NCBI GenBank assembly: GCA_035627895.1 | Contig: DASPKW010000178.1 | Coordinates: 5,033 to 69,032, forward strand | Direction of reading: 5' to 3' | From: Tepidisphaeraceae bacterium | GTDB taxonomy: Bacteria > Planctomycetota > Phycisphaerae > Tepidisphaerales > Tepidisphaeraceae | Length of the DNA stretch: 64,000 bases | Shown: piece after piece, positions 15,488-22,952 of the stretch | Layout: every line of letters begins with the position of its first letter | Position numbering within the stretch: the stretch's first letter is position 1 | Notes under the pieces: generated by a model | What the model was told of the DNA's origin: nothing | The model's input: the letters and a program-made list of their open reading frames with translations, nothing else | The model's database searches: none | Position numbers and translations under genes: made by a program

Positions 15488-15661
15488 GGGGTAGATCGCC
15501 CTCGATTCGGGTGCCACATTGCGGGCGGGGACGGGAATTATGTCCGGGGGGTAGATCGAACGCGTCTTCGCCGGTCGAATTTCCGCACCGGGGTAGATCG
15601 CCCACGAAATGCGGGCGGAAATGCAGCGCCGGGTCGAATTTCCGAATGGGGGTAGATCGCC
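15488..15661 (+). repeat. iteron set A: 4 x GGGGTAGATCG(C/A)(C/A)
   Basis: Copies start at 15488, 15548, 15590 and 15649. The last two sit inside a longer 30-bp unit, GGTCGAATTTCCG-N4/5-GGGGTAGATCGCC (15573-15602 and 15632-15661). Confidence 0.85.
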
Positions 15662-15716
15662 GCGGTTACCGGGGCGAGAACGCAGTCGAGAGGGCGGCAG
15701 ATCAGCGGCCGGGGCA

Positions 15717-16217
15717 CGTTAAGGTTTGTTAAGGTTCCCGCGGGGCGGCAACGCGATGTCTTACACCGCAAAACTCTCGGCGATCCCCCGGTTTTTCCGG
15801 CCATTTCACTTTCGTCCGGCAGGGTTTTGCGGAGTGCCGGCGCCTAGGGGGACGGCGACCGCAGAACCGCATCACGCATGCGGGTCGCGCGGCGCGGGGG
15901 AGGCTAAGGAAAGCTAAGGTTTTCGCGGCGCGTGTCCCACAGTCTCACCCCCGGCGCGAACCTTAGAAAACCTTATGTTCGCCGCGTGCGTGTCTCACGC
16001 CCAAATGCGCACCGGAGACGCATTTGCCACCCGTCCGACCCTCACGAAACCTCACGCCGGCGCGGCGCGTGTCTCACCCCGGAACCTAACAAAACCTAAC
16101 ATTTCCGCCGACGTGCGTCCCACGTCCCGGAACCTCAGAAAACCTCAGATTCCGGCGAGCCAAAGTGGCAACCGGTTGCCACTTTGACCGGCCGCGCGAA
16201 CCTTACCAAACCTTACC
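15717..16217. repeat. iteron set B: 7 bipartite units AACCTnnn-(A)n-AACCTnnn (5 direct, 2 inverted)
   Basis: Direct units at about 15958-15976 (CCTTAG/CCTTAT), 16038-16056 (CCTCAC x2), 16082-16101 (CCTAAC x2), 16129-16149 (CCTCAG x2) and 16198-16217 (CCTTAC x2). Inverted units at 15717-15737 and 15901-15921. Four of the five direct units (all but 16198-16217) are preceded by a GTGTC(C/T)CAC / GTCCCAC-type box. Confidence 0.8.
16161..16186. repeat. perfect 26-bp palindrome CAAAGTGGCAACC|GGTTGCCACTTTG
   Basis: Read directly from the sequence. It lies between iteron units inside the non-coding field. Confidence 0.9.
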
Positions 16218-16222
16218 TCCCG

Positions 16223-16432
16223 TCACGCGGCGTTGCGGCCCTGGCTCGACGGGCGGACGGCGTGCGGCGCCAGCTTCCGGGCCCGCTGGATCCGCTTGTA
16301 GGCGGCCGCGCGGCTGATCCCGAACTCAGCGGCGATCTCGGCGGGCGTCCGATCGTCGTTGAACCGGACGACGGCCAGCCGGAGGCGGGGCGTCAGGAGC
16401 TGCGCGAGCGGCACGCGTGGTGGGCGGGGCAT
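16223..16432 (-). CDS. small HTH DNA-binding protein
   Basis: 69 aa: MPRPPRVPLAQLL...RTPAEIAAEFGISRAAAYKRIQRARK (HTH). Start at internal ATG 16432. Confidence 0.55.
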   Translation of the reverse strand: MPRPPRVPLAQLLTPRLRLAVVRFNDDRTPAEIAAEFGISRAAAYKRIQRARKLAPHAVRPSSQGRNAA

Positions 16433-16449
16433 GGGATCATGGTAGCCCG

Positions 16450-16956
16450 TCAGGGGTCGAGCAGCTTCCGGAAGTCCTGCGCGAGAAGGTATTCCAGCTT
16501 TTCGAAAAGCGACTGAGCCTCGCGAGCCCTCGCAATTCCCCCGGGCTCTGAGGTGGCCACGTCTCCATGCGCGTCCCGGAACCCGGTGATCACCTCGTGC
16601 AACTTCGCGATGGCGATATCGCCCATGAGCGAGACGGACGACGGGAGCACGACGCGGTTCTCGAAATAGTAACGTTCTAGGCTTTCGCTCACCTTCATAG
16701 CCCGCGCGTAGGCGGTGGCCCTTTCGCTCGCGAAGGCCGTCGGATCCAGCATTATCGCGATCGCCCGGGACGTGCGGGCAAGCCGTCGAGCGAGTCCGAT
16801 CGCGACACCCGCCCGCAACTCGTAAAGTTTCGGATAGCGGGTGCGTCGTTCGAAGTCTTTTCGATCTACCCGGGCCTTGAGCAGGTACCCAATGGCCGCC
16901 CCGACGCTCGCCGCGCCGAGCAGGATGCCCGCGACCTCTTTGAGCCACTGAAGCAT
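16450..16956 (-). CDS. hypothetical membrane-anchored protein (element cargo)
   Basis: MLQWLKEVAGILLGAASVGAAIGYLL is a TM segment, followed by a helical domain. Lower GC than the flanks. Start at ATG 16956. Confidence 0.55.
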   Translation of the reverse strand: MLQWLKEVAGILLGAASVGAAIGYLLKARVDRKDFERRTRYPKLYELRAGVAIGLARRLARTSRAIAIMLDPTAFASERATAYARAMKVSESLERYYFENRVVLPSSVSLMGDIAIAKLHEVITGFRDAHGDVATSEPGGIARAREAQSLFEKLEYLLAQDFRKLLDP

Positions 16957-16963
16957 CGTCCCG

Positions 16964-17230
16964 CTACTTTCCCTTCGCCTTGCCCTTCCCCTTCGCGGCT
17001 GGCTTGACGAGCAGCTCCGCCGGGTCGACCTCGAGCGCGGCGGCGATCTTGCCCAGCGTCTCGAGCGTGACGTTCGACCGCCGGCCCGATTCAATGTCGT
17101 TCCACTGTGACCGCCCGGCCTTGAGCCCGGCGCGGTCGGCGGCGTCGCCCTGGCTCAGGTTGAGGGCCTCGCGGAGCGTCTTCACCTTATCGAGGTCGAG
17201 CATGAGGGCGGCGGGGGGTTCGGTGACCAT
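16964..17230 (-). CDS. XRE-family (Cro/CI-type) HTH transcriptional regulator
   Basis: LREALNLSQGDAADRAGLKAGRSQWNDIESGRRSNVTLETLGKIAAALEV is a canonical HTH_3 pattern. Divergent from the element's rightward genes. Confidence 0.85.
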   Translation of the reverse strand: MVTEPPAALMLDLDKVKTLREALNLSQGDAADRAGLKAGRSQWNDIESGRRSNVTLETLGKIAAALEVDPAELLVKPAAKGKGKAKGK

Positions 17231-17277
17231 GTACGAAGATTAACGTACGGCGGGGCGGGGTGGGTCGACAAAATCAG

Positions 17278-17330
17278 TGTCGAAAATAATCGTACATTTC
17301 TCTTGACCCTGTCGAAAATAACCGTACACT
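17278..17330 (+). promoter_or_regulatory. candidate rightward promoter with duplicated operator
   Basis: 19-bp direct repeat TGTCGAAAATAA(T/C)CGTACA at 17278-17296 and 17310-17328. TTGACC (17303-17308), a 16-nt spacer and TACACT (17325-17330) lie upstream of CDS 17410. GTACG-N8-CGTAC dyad at 17231-17248. Confidence 0.4.
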
Positions 17331-17409
17331 ACTCCGTATCAAACAAGTCGAGCCCGACCCGGCCAAGTTTGGCGACAGAACCGGGAAGGGCCCAACAGGA
17401 GTCCGGATC

Positions 17410-18156
17410 ATGTCTCAGCGTTATTTCGGTGTCAACGTGGCGGAGTTGAACGACGGGGCGGTCGGCGGGTTCGGCTTCGCGGACGAGGCCGCGACCGTCG
17501 CCCGGCCCTACACGGTGGCCGACGCGGCCGCGGACAACGCCGCTTACTTCGCGTGGGCAGCGCAGCGCAACGCGGTCAAGGCCGCCCCCGCCGCGGCCGC
17601 CGAGCAGAACGACGACGACCGCACGCCCCCGCCGGCCGCCCCGGCCGCGGTCGCCCCGATGTTCGTCGTCGAGACGGACGGCGCGTACCTGGCGGCCCAA
17701 TCGTCCGCCGTCCGCGGCAGCACGCTCGGCGCGCTAACGTTCGCGTCGGTCGCCGCGGCCGTCGCCCACGCCGGGTCGATCCGGCTCGACTCCACCGCCT
17801 ACGTCCGCCGGCTCGAGTGTGCCCACTGTGCGGCCGGCCGGTTCCACGCGTCGACCGACTGCCGCGCGAGCAGCGGCCCCGCGATGCAGGTCGTCGTCCC
17901 GGACTTGGAAGGGGCCGCCGCCCCGGCCGCCCCGGTCGCGGGCAAGGTCAAGCTCGTCGTCGGCCCGCGGGGCAAGCGGTTCGTCGCCGCGATCGAACTG
18001 CCGACCGGCCGCAAGGTGAAGTACCCGGGCACGTTCGCGACCGAGCAACTCGCTTGGGACGCGGCCCAGCGACTGGCCGACCGCCACCGGGGCGACGTCG
18101 ACCTGACCGGGATCCTCGCCCGGTCGATCGAGCTCGCCCGCGCGTCCGCCGCCTAA
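17410..18156 (+). CDS. hypothetical phage-like protein, possible AP2-like DNA-binding C-terminus
   Basis: Coherent ORF. The C-terminal GKRFVAAIELPTGRKVKYPGTFATEQLAWDAAQRLA resembles the AP2/integrase-type DNA-binding fold. Confidence 0.5.
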   Translation: MSQRYFGVNVAELNDGAVGGFGFADEAATVARPYTVADAAADNAAYFAWAAQRNAVKAAPAAAAEQNDDDRTPPPAAPAAVAPMFVVETDGAYLAAQSSAVRGSTLGALTFASVAAAVAHAGSIRLDSTAYVRRLECAHCAAGRFHASTDCRASSGPAMQVVVPDLEGAAAPAAPVAGKVKLVVGPRGKRFVAAIELPTGRKVKYPGTFATEQLAWDAAQRLADRHRGDVDLTGILARSIELARASAA

Positions 18157-18318
18157 CAGTCGGGACGACTTCCCGCCGTCGGCTCCGGAGCCATTCGCCC
18201 GGCGGCGGGCCGTCCCCTTTCTTCCCCCTCTCATCCCACCGCCCGCCCGCCGTCCCAATTTGGGACGCCCGCGCGGCCGTCCTCACTTCCGGAAAACGGA
18301 AGTGACACCGGAGGCCCC

Positions 18319-18579
18319 GTGCCTTTCGAGATCCGCCCCAACCCGGCCCGCGCGCCGCACCGGCCGACCGTCCGCGCCGGCGTCGTCCGCGGCTTCAACT
18401 GCTACAGCGTCCCCGGCGTGGCCGACGTCGAAGCCTGGCCCTACCGCCCGCTCGCCAACGCCCGGGCGATCGCCCGCCGGCTCTACCGCGAACGCGCCGC
18501 CTACACGCTGGCCGTGATCCAGCTCGACGTCCCCGGCGTCGCGCTTCACGTCTCCCGCCGCGGCCGCAAGGCCGCATGA
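18319..18579 (+). CDS. hypothetical protein
   Basis: 86-aa ORF in the co-directional gene array. No recognisable motif. Confidence 0.4.
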   Translation: MPFEIRPNPARAPHRPTVRAGVVRGFNCYSVPGVADVEAWPYRPLANARAIARRLYRERAAYTLAVIQLDVPGVALHVSRRGRKAA

Positions 18580-18604
18580 CCCTCAACAGCAAGCGAGAAA
18601 TCCA

Positions 18605-19957
18605 ATGGAAGAAAAACAAACCACCGACCGACCCCTGCCCCTCGCCCGCGTGGGCATGCGCGTCGAGCTCGACGCGGACTACGACGGCGAAGGGACGATC
18701 GTCGAGCTGTCGCCGACGCACGCCATCGTGCAGACGGCGGCCGGGGCCGAAGCGTTCTACAACCAGACCGGGGCGCGGCTCGCGATCGAGTGGCCGCACG
18801 TCCGCCTGCTCGGCGCGCGGCCCGACTTGTCCGGGCGCGCCGACCCGACGCCCGGCCTGTTGTTCGAGGTGGAGGACGACAAGCCGGTCCCCGTCCCGTC
18901 GCACCGCGCGGACGGGTCGGCCCGCGCCGCCGACGGCGAGACGATCCTCACCGTCGAGCAGGCGGCCGACCGGTTCGGCGTGTCGGCCGACTCGCTCGCG
19001 GCCCGGTGGCGGGCCGTGTGGGAGTTCGTCGGCGAGGGCATCGCGGGCGGCGCGGCAGTCGCCGGCATCGACAGGGGCGGCCCACCGCGGCGGGACGTGC
19101 CCGCGTCGATGCAGGAGCACGTCGAGTGGATCCTCAACGACTACGGCAACCCCGGGCGGATGCTGTACGGCCTGATCGCCGCCCTGAATGACGACGGGTA
19201 CGAAGCGGTCGCCGCGGCGTCCGCGATCCTCTGGCAGCACTTGACGGGCCGGCTGAAGATAGACCAAGACGAGGCCGTCCGCGAGTTCTACAAGGCGTGG
19301 GACGTGGTCGGGCGGATTCCCGGCATGCCGCCCGTGCCGCCGGTGGCCCGCCGAGACGGCCCTCGCGAGGCGGAGGCCGTTCCGGTCGCGGGGCCCGCAC
19401 AGTCGGCCGACGAGAATCGGGCCGCCGAGCTCCGTGCCGAGATGCACGCCGAACGCGAGGCGGAGGCCCGACGGACGGCGGCACTCGTCGAACTGCTCGG
19501 GCCGGCGGCCGACGGGATGCCGTTTCTTCACCAGACGCTTAGCAACCGCCTGATCCTCGGGATGCTCCGCCGCCAGGGCGAGGATAAGGGCACGCTGTTG
19601 GCGCTCGGCGGTGCCCTCTGGCACTGGCAGTTCCTCAGCTTCGCCGAGCGGGACAAGGCGGAGGTCGCGTTCGCGGTCGCCAGCGACGCGGTCGAGCTGG
19701 CCGACGGCGAAGGGTTCGCCGTGCGGGAGACCCGACTCCCGCGGAGCGCGACCGACGCCCTGGCGGCGGCCGGCGTGCCGGTGCCTGCGGCGATCGACTG
19801 GCTCCGCGAGGCGTTCCGCACGTGCGAGGCGAAGGTCACGCCGCCGCGGCCGCAATCCACGCGTACCGGCGCACCGCGTCGGCAAACCGACGGTGCCCCC
19901 AAGCGTCGGCGTAAATCCGCTCCCAGCTCACCGGCCGATCGTTCTCCGACGCCGTGA
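18605..19957 (+). CDS. hypothetical phage-like protein
   Basis: 450-aa ORF with normal composition (MEEKQTTDRPLPLARVGMRVELDADYDGEG...). Function not recognised. The 3' end may be shorter, because it overlaps the convergent CDS 19836-20078. Confidence 0.55.
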   Translation: MEEKQTTDRPLPLARVGMRVELDADYDGEGTIVELSPTHAIVQTAAGAEAFYNQTGARLAIEWPHVRLLGARPDLSGRADPTPGLLFEVEDDKPVPVPSHRADGSARAADGETILTVEQAADRFGVSADSLAARWRAVWEFVGEGIAGGAAVAGIDRGGPPRRDVPASMQEHVEWILNDYGNPGRMLYGLIAALNDDGYEAVAAASAILWQHLTGRLKIDQDEAVREFYKAWDVVGRIPGMPPVPPVARRDGPREAEAVPVAGPAQSADENRAAELRAEMHAEREAEARRTAALVELLGPAADGMPFLHQTLSNRLILGMLRRQGEDKGTLLALGGALWHWQFLSFAERDKAEVAFAVASDAVELADGEGFAVRETRLPRSATDALAAAGVPVPAAIDWLREAFRTCEAKVTPPRPQSTRTGAPRRQTDGAPKRRRKSAPSSPADRSPTP

Positions 19958-20078
19958 GGTACAGCTCGCCGCCCGCGTCGCGCGAGAGCTCGACGAGCAC
20001 GCGCACGCCCCGCACCGTCGTACGCATTTCCTTGACCACGCCCGCGCCGTCCACGCCGCTGCTCTTCCCGTTCTTCAT
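19836..20078 (-). CDS. hypothetical small protein
   Basis: 80 aa from internal ATG 20078: MKNGKSSGVDGAGVVKEMRTTVRGVRVLVELSRDAGGELYLTASEND... Non-degenerate composition. Confidence 0.4.
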   Translation of the reverse strand: MKNGKSSGVDGAGVVKEMRTTVRGVRVLVELSRDAGGELYLTASENDRPVSWERIYADAWGHRRFADAVRRYAWIAAAAA

Positions 20079-20157
20079 GGCGGGGAGAGTAGTGGCAGGT
20101 CGGCACCCTCCGTGTCTTACAAGCGACGCCCGATTCTCTAGCCGTCCAAGGTTCCCA

Positions 20158-20382
20158 ATGTCCCCGAAACAACTCTCCGCCGTCGCCGAGATCGCCACCT
20201 GGAGCGGCGAGGCGCACGCCCTCTTGGTCGAGATCGCCCCCGCCGCCGACGGCCCGGTCGCGACCGCGATCGCCCGCGCGGCGCGGATCCTCGACGTCGC
20301 CGACGAACTGCTCACCCGCGCGTACCTGGCCGACGCCCGCACGGTCGAGGACCGCGAAACGGTCCCGCGGTGGCGCGGCTGA
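20158..20382 (+). CDS. hypothetical small protein
   Basis: 74 aa from ATG 20158 (MSPKQLSAVAEIATWSGEAHALLVE...). Confidence 0.4.
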   Translation: MSPKQLSAVAEIATWSGEAHALLVEIAPAADGPVATAIARAARILDVADELLTRAYLADARTVEDRETVPRWRG

Positions 20383-20494
20383 CCGCATTCGCAAGCGGGC
20401 AAATTTATCCGTCGCACCGCATGATTCGCGATGTTAACATCTGCCTAACTATTCCCGCACCGATCGTCTGCGGTCGGCACACACAGGAGAGCCC

Positions 20495-20842
20495 ATGCCA
20501 GCGAAGAAATCGAGGTCCCGACCTACAGCAGTGCCCCCGGCACCCGTGGCCGACGACGACGGTATCTCCGTCAACAGTGCCTCGCTAATGCCGGAGCTAT
20601 TGTGTGACGGAAAGCCGCCGCACATCGCGACCGTGTTCCGGTGGATCACCACCGGGGTAAAGGGCGTGAAGCTTCGTGCGTGGCGGATCGGCTCCAAGAT
20701 CACCACGTCGCGGGCGGCCGTCCGCGAGTTCCTCGAACGCGTCAACGCCGGCCAGACCGCCGACCCCGCCAGGCCGACCGGAGCGGAGGCCTCGCGCGCC
20801 CACCGCGCCGCCGCGTCCCGCCTGGCCAAGGCCGGCATCTGA
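20495..20842 (+). CDS. Xis/MerR-type HTH protein (DUF1580-like)
   Basis: IATVFRWITTGVKGVKLRAWRIGSKITTSRAAVREFLERV is the excisionase-type HTH pattern. Confidence 0.6.
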   Translation: MPAKKSRSRPTAVPPAPVADDDGISVNSASLMPELLCDGKPPHIATVFRWITTGVKGVKLRAWRIGSKITTSRAAVREFLERVNAGQTADPARPTGAEASRAHRAAASRLAKAGI

Positions 20843-20868
20843 CCGACCGGCACCGTCGGGAGGCCCCT

Positions 20869-21525
20869 ATGACGATCGAGGACGCCGACCCCCCCATGGT
20901 CGCATGGCGGGCGTTCAACGAGACGCGCGGCCAGGTCGCCGTATTCCGCGCCGCCGTGCTGGCGGCAGACCCGCGCGCCGCCCAACTCGCCGCCGACCTG
21001 GCGCCCGACGTCTGGCCCAACCCGCGGCTCGTCGAAGGGTTTTACCGCCTGCTCGACGCGTCGCCGCCGGCCTACCACGGGCCCTGCCTAGCCGTGATGG
21101 ACGCGATCGCCGATTGGGTCACCCGCGGGCTCGCGATCGCCGCGGCGGACGCCGACGCGTGGGCTCGTGACGGGGTTGCGATCGTCGGCCGGCTACTCCG
21201 GCTGCGCCACGTCGTTTGGGTCGGCATGACGAGTTGCCTGCCGCCGTCGGCGACGCCGACGATCGAGGAGAAGGACGCCTGGATCCTCGAGGCGCTCGAC
21301 GCGGCCGGGCGGGCGATGTCCCGCGAGCAGATCGAGCACGCGATCGGCCGACACCCGGCCCGCCTGCCGGCCGACGTGCGGCGCCTCTCCGTGAAGTCGA
21401 TCGGCCTGCGCCTGGCCCGACTGCGGGTGGCGGGACTGGTCGCGCGGAAGGGAGCGAAGAGTCCGGCTGCGATCACGGACGCCGGCCGCGCGGAGGTGCT
21501 GCGGGCGAAGCAACAAGCCTCTTAA
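20869..21525 (+). CDS. hypothetical protein with C-terminal winged-helix-like domain
   Basis: ATG 20869 (MTIEDADPP...). C-terminal ILEALDAAGRAMSREQIEHAIG...LRLARLRVAGLVARKG. Confidence 0.55.
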   Translation: MTIEDADPPMVAWRAFNETRGQVAVFRAAVLAADPRAAQLAADLAPDVWPNPRLVEGFYRLLDASPPAYHGPCLAVMDAIADWVTRGLAIAAADADAWARDGVAIVGRLLRLRHVVWVGMTSCLPPSATPTIEEKDAWILEALDAAGRAMSREQIEHAIGRHPARLPADVRRLSVKSIGLRLARLRVAGLVARKGAKSPAAITDAGRAEVLRAKQQAS

Positions 21526-21577
21526 CCGCCCCGAACGGGGCAGGAGTGTCCCCCATGCCCACGCGTCCAGCGACGCG

Positions 21578-21775
21578 CTGCAGCGCCCGCGTCGGTTCTC
21601 GAAATCGGAACTGGCGAAAGCCGAAGTCGAAATCGAGAGCGACGACCGGCACGGCAACCTGCGGCTCCGCTGCGAAGCCTGCGGCCAGATCTGGCAGCCG
21701 GGCATCGCGCCCGGCGGACGGTTCTACCGCGGCTACTGGAAGTGCCCACAAGGGTGCAACCGCGCAGCCGAGTAG
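21578..21775 (+). CDS. possible small zinc-ribbon protein; start codon unresolved
   Basis: My own translation of the frame ending at TAG 21773-21775 gives ...RFSKSELAKAEVEIESDDRHGNLRLRCEACGQIWQPGIAPGGRFYRGYWKCPQGCNRAAE. It has CxxC...CxxxC pairs and G/C-rich third positions. There is no in-frame ATG, GTG or TTG, only CTG at 21578. Confidence 0.35.
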   Translation: MQRPRRFSKSELAKAEVEIESDDRHGNLRLRCEACGQIWQPGIAPGGRFYRGYWKCPQGCNRAAE

Positions 21776-21906
21776 CGGGCGGTGACATGGCATGGCAAGG
21801 GCCGGCGGCCCGTCGAGCGATCGGCGGGCCGCCGGTGTTTTCGGGTTCCCGATAATGACCCGATAATTACCTTTCGATTCGAGTGCGGCCGACCAATCAT
21901 CGGGGC

Positions 21907-22125
21907 ATGGTCGTCGACCTTCAATCCGACGCGCAGCTCCTGACGCTCCGGCAGATGGCGCGGCTGCTGTGCGTCTCGGCGGACTGGCTGCTCGGCGAGG
22001 TCGATGCGAACCGCCTGCCCGCCGTCCGCGCGGGCGCGCAGGTGCTCGTGCACCCCGCGACCGTCGTGCGCATCCTGGCCGAACGCGCGTCGCGACCGGT
22101 CGAAGGGGGTGGGCGTGCTCAGTAG
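21907..22125 (+). CDS. excisionase-family HTH protein
   Basis: LLTLRQMARLLCVSADWLLGEVDANRLPAVRAGAQVLVHPATV is a Xis-type HTH. Confidence 0.6.
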   Translation: MVVDLQSDAQLLTLRQMARLLCVSADWLLGEVDANRLPAVRAGAQVLVHPATVVRILAERASRPVEGGGRAQ

Positions 22126-22232
22126 CCACCGATTAGTAACGGGACGGTGTAGACGGCCGTGGACGGTTTTTCCGTTGACCCGAACGGACGCCGTACCTAC
22201 GATGCGGACGCTGACCCGCGGAAGGTGCGCAT

Positions 22233-22469
22233 ATGGGTCAGCAATCCCCCTCATCCCAAGCGACCGAGACTCCCTGGCCCGCCCTGCTGCGCGACCGGGA
22301 GGCCGCCGCGTTTTTGTCGATCAGCCGCGCGTCCCTGTGGCAGCGGTCGTCGTCGGGCGACCTGCCCGCGCCGGTCACGGTCGCCGGCCGGTGCGTCCGA
22401 TGGCGCCGGGCGGACCTGGAGCGGTTCGTCCTGGCCCTGCGGCCGCGCGAGCGGAAGGCGGTGGCTTAA
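22233..22469 (+). CDS. AlpA/excisionase-family HTH protein
   Basis: LLRDREAAAFLSISRASLWQRSSSGDLPAPVTVAGRCVRWRRADLERFV. Confidence 0.65.
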   Translation: MGQQSPSSQATETPWPALLRDREAAAFLSISRASLWQRSSSGDLPAPVTVAGRCVRWRRADLERFVLALRPRERKAVA

Positions 22470-22819
22470 TGGCCGACGAGCCCGTCAACTCCCCCGCCCC
22501 GCCGGTCCCGCGCGAGGTGCTCGCCGCAATCGGGGCCGCCCTCGCGGCGATGGCCGCGACGCACGCGCCGCCGGCCGTCGGCACCGTCGTGCCCGAACTG
22601 CTCGAGCGCCGCCAGGCGGCCGAGCTCTTGAACCTCAGCCTGACCGCCTTCACCGATTTGGAGAGCCGCGGGTACGTCGGCCCGGCCCCGCTGCGGCTCG
22701 GCGACTCCGGGCGAATCGTCCGCTTTTCACTGGAGGAATTGCGAGCGTGGATCCGGGCCGGCTGCCCGTCCCGCGCTATGTGGAACGCACAGAAGTCCGC
22801 CGCGCGGCGGAGTGCGTAA
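22469..22819 (+). CDS. excisionase-like HTH protein
   Basis: ATG 22469 overlaps the upstream stop (TAATG). LLERRQAAELLNLSLTAFTDLESRGYVGPAPLRLGDSGRIVRFSLEELRAWI. Confidence 0.6.
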   Translation: MADEPVNSPAPPVPREVLAAIGAALAAMAATHAPPAVGTVVPELLERRQAAELLNLSLTAFTDLESRGYVGPAPLRLGDSGRIVRFSLEELRAWIRAGCPSRAMWNAQKSAARRSA

Positions 22820-22952
22820 AAGCGGACGGCCGGGTCGTTACACCCGGCCGCTGCCGCCGTCTCTGGATGCCCGAAGCATACGCCGAGGGCTTACCAGAGG
22901 CAATCGAAAGTCGTAAATCGCCCGTCGGCCAAATGCGTCTCCGGAGACGCAT

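Noticed and set aside
15299-15655. 118-aa ORF with a repeated TGVDRPR peptide.
   Set aside because: The peptide repeat is simply the translation of the GGGGTAGATCG iterons. The composition is not protein-like.
15488-16217. Possibility that the repeat field is a CRISPR array.
   Set aside because: The repeats are only 11-20 bp long, belong to several families, occur in mixed orientation and are irregularly spaced. There are no cas genes in the window.
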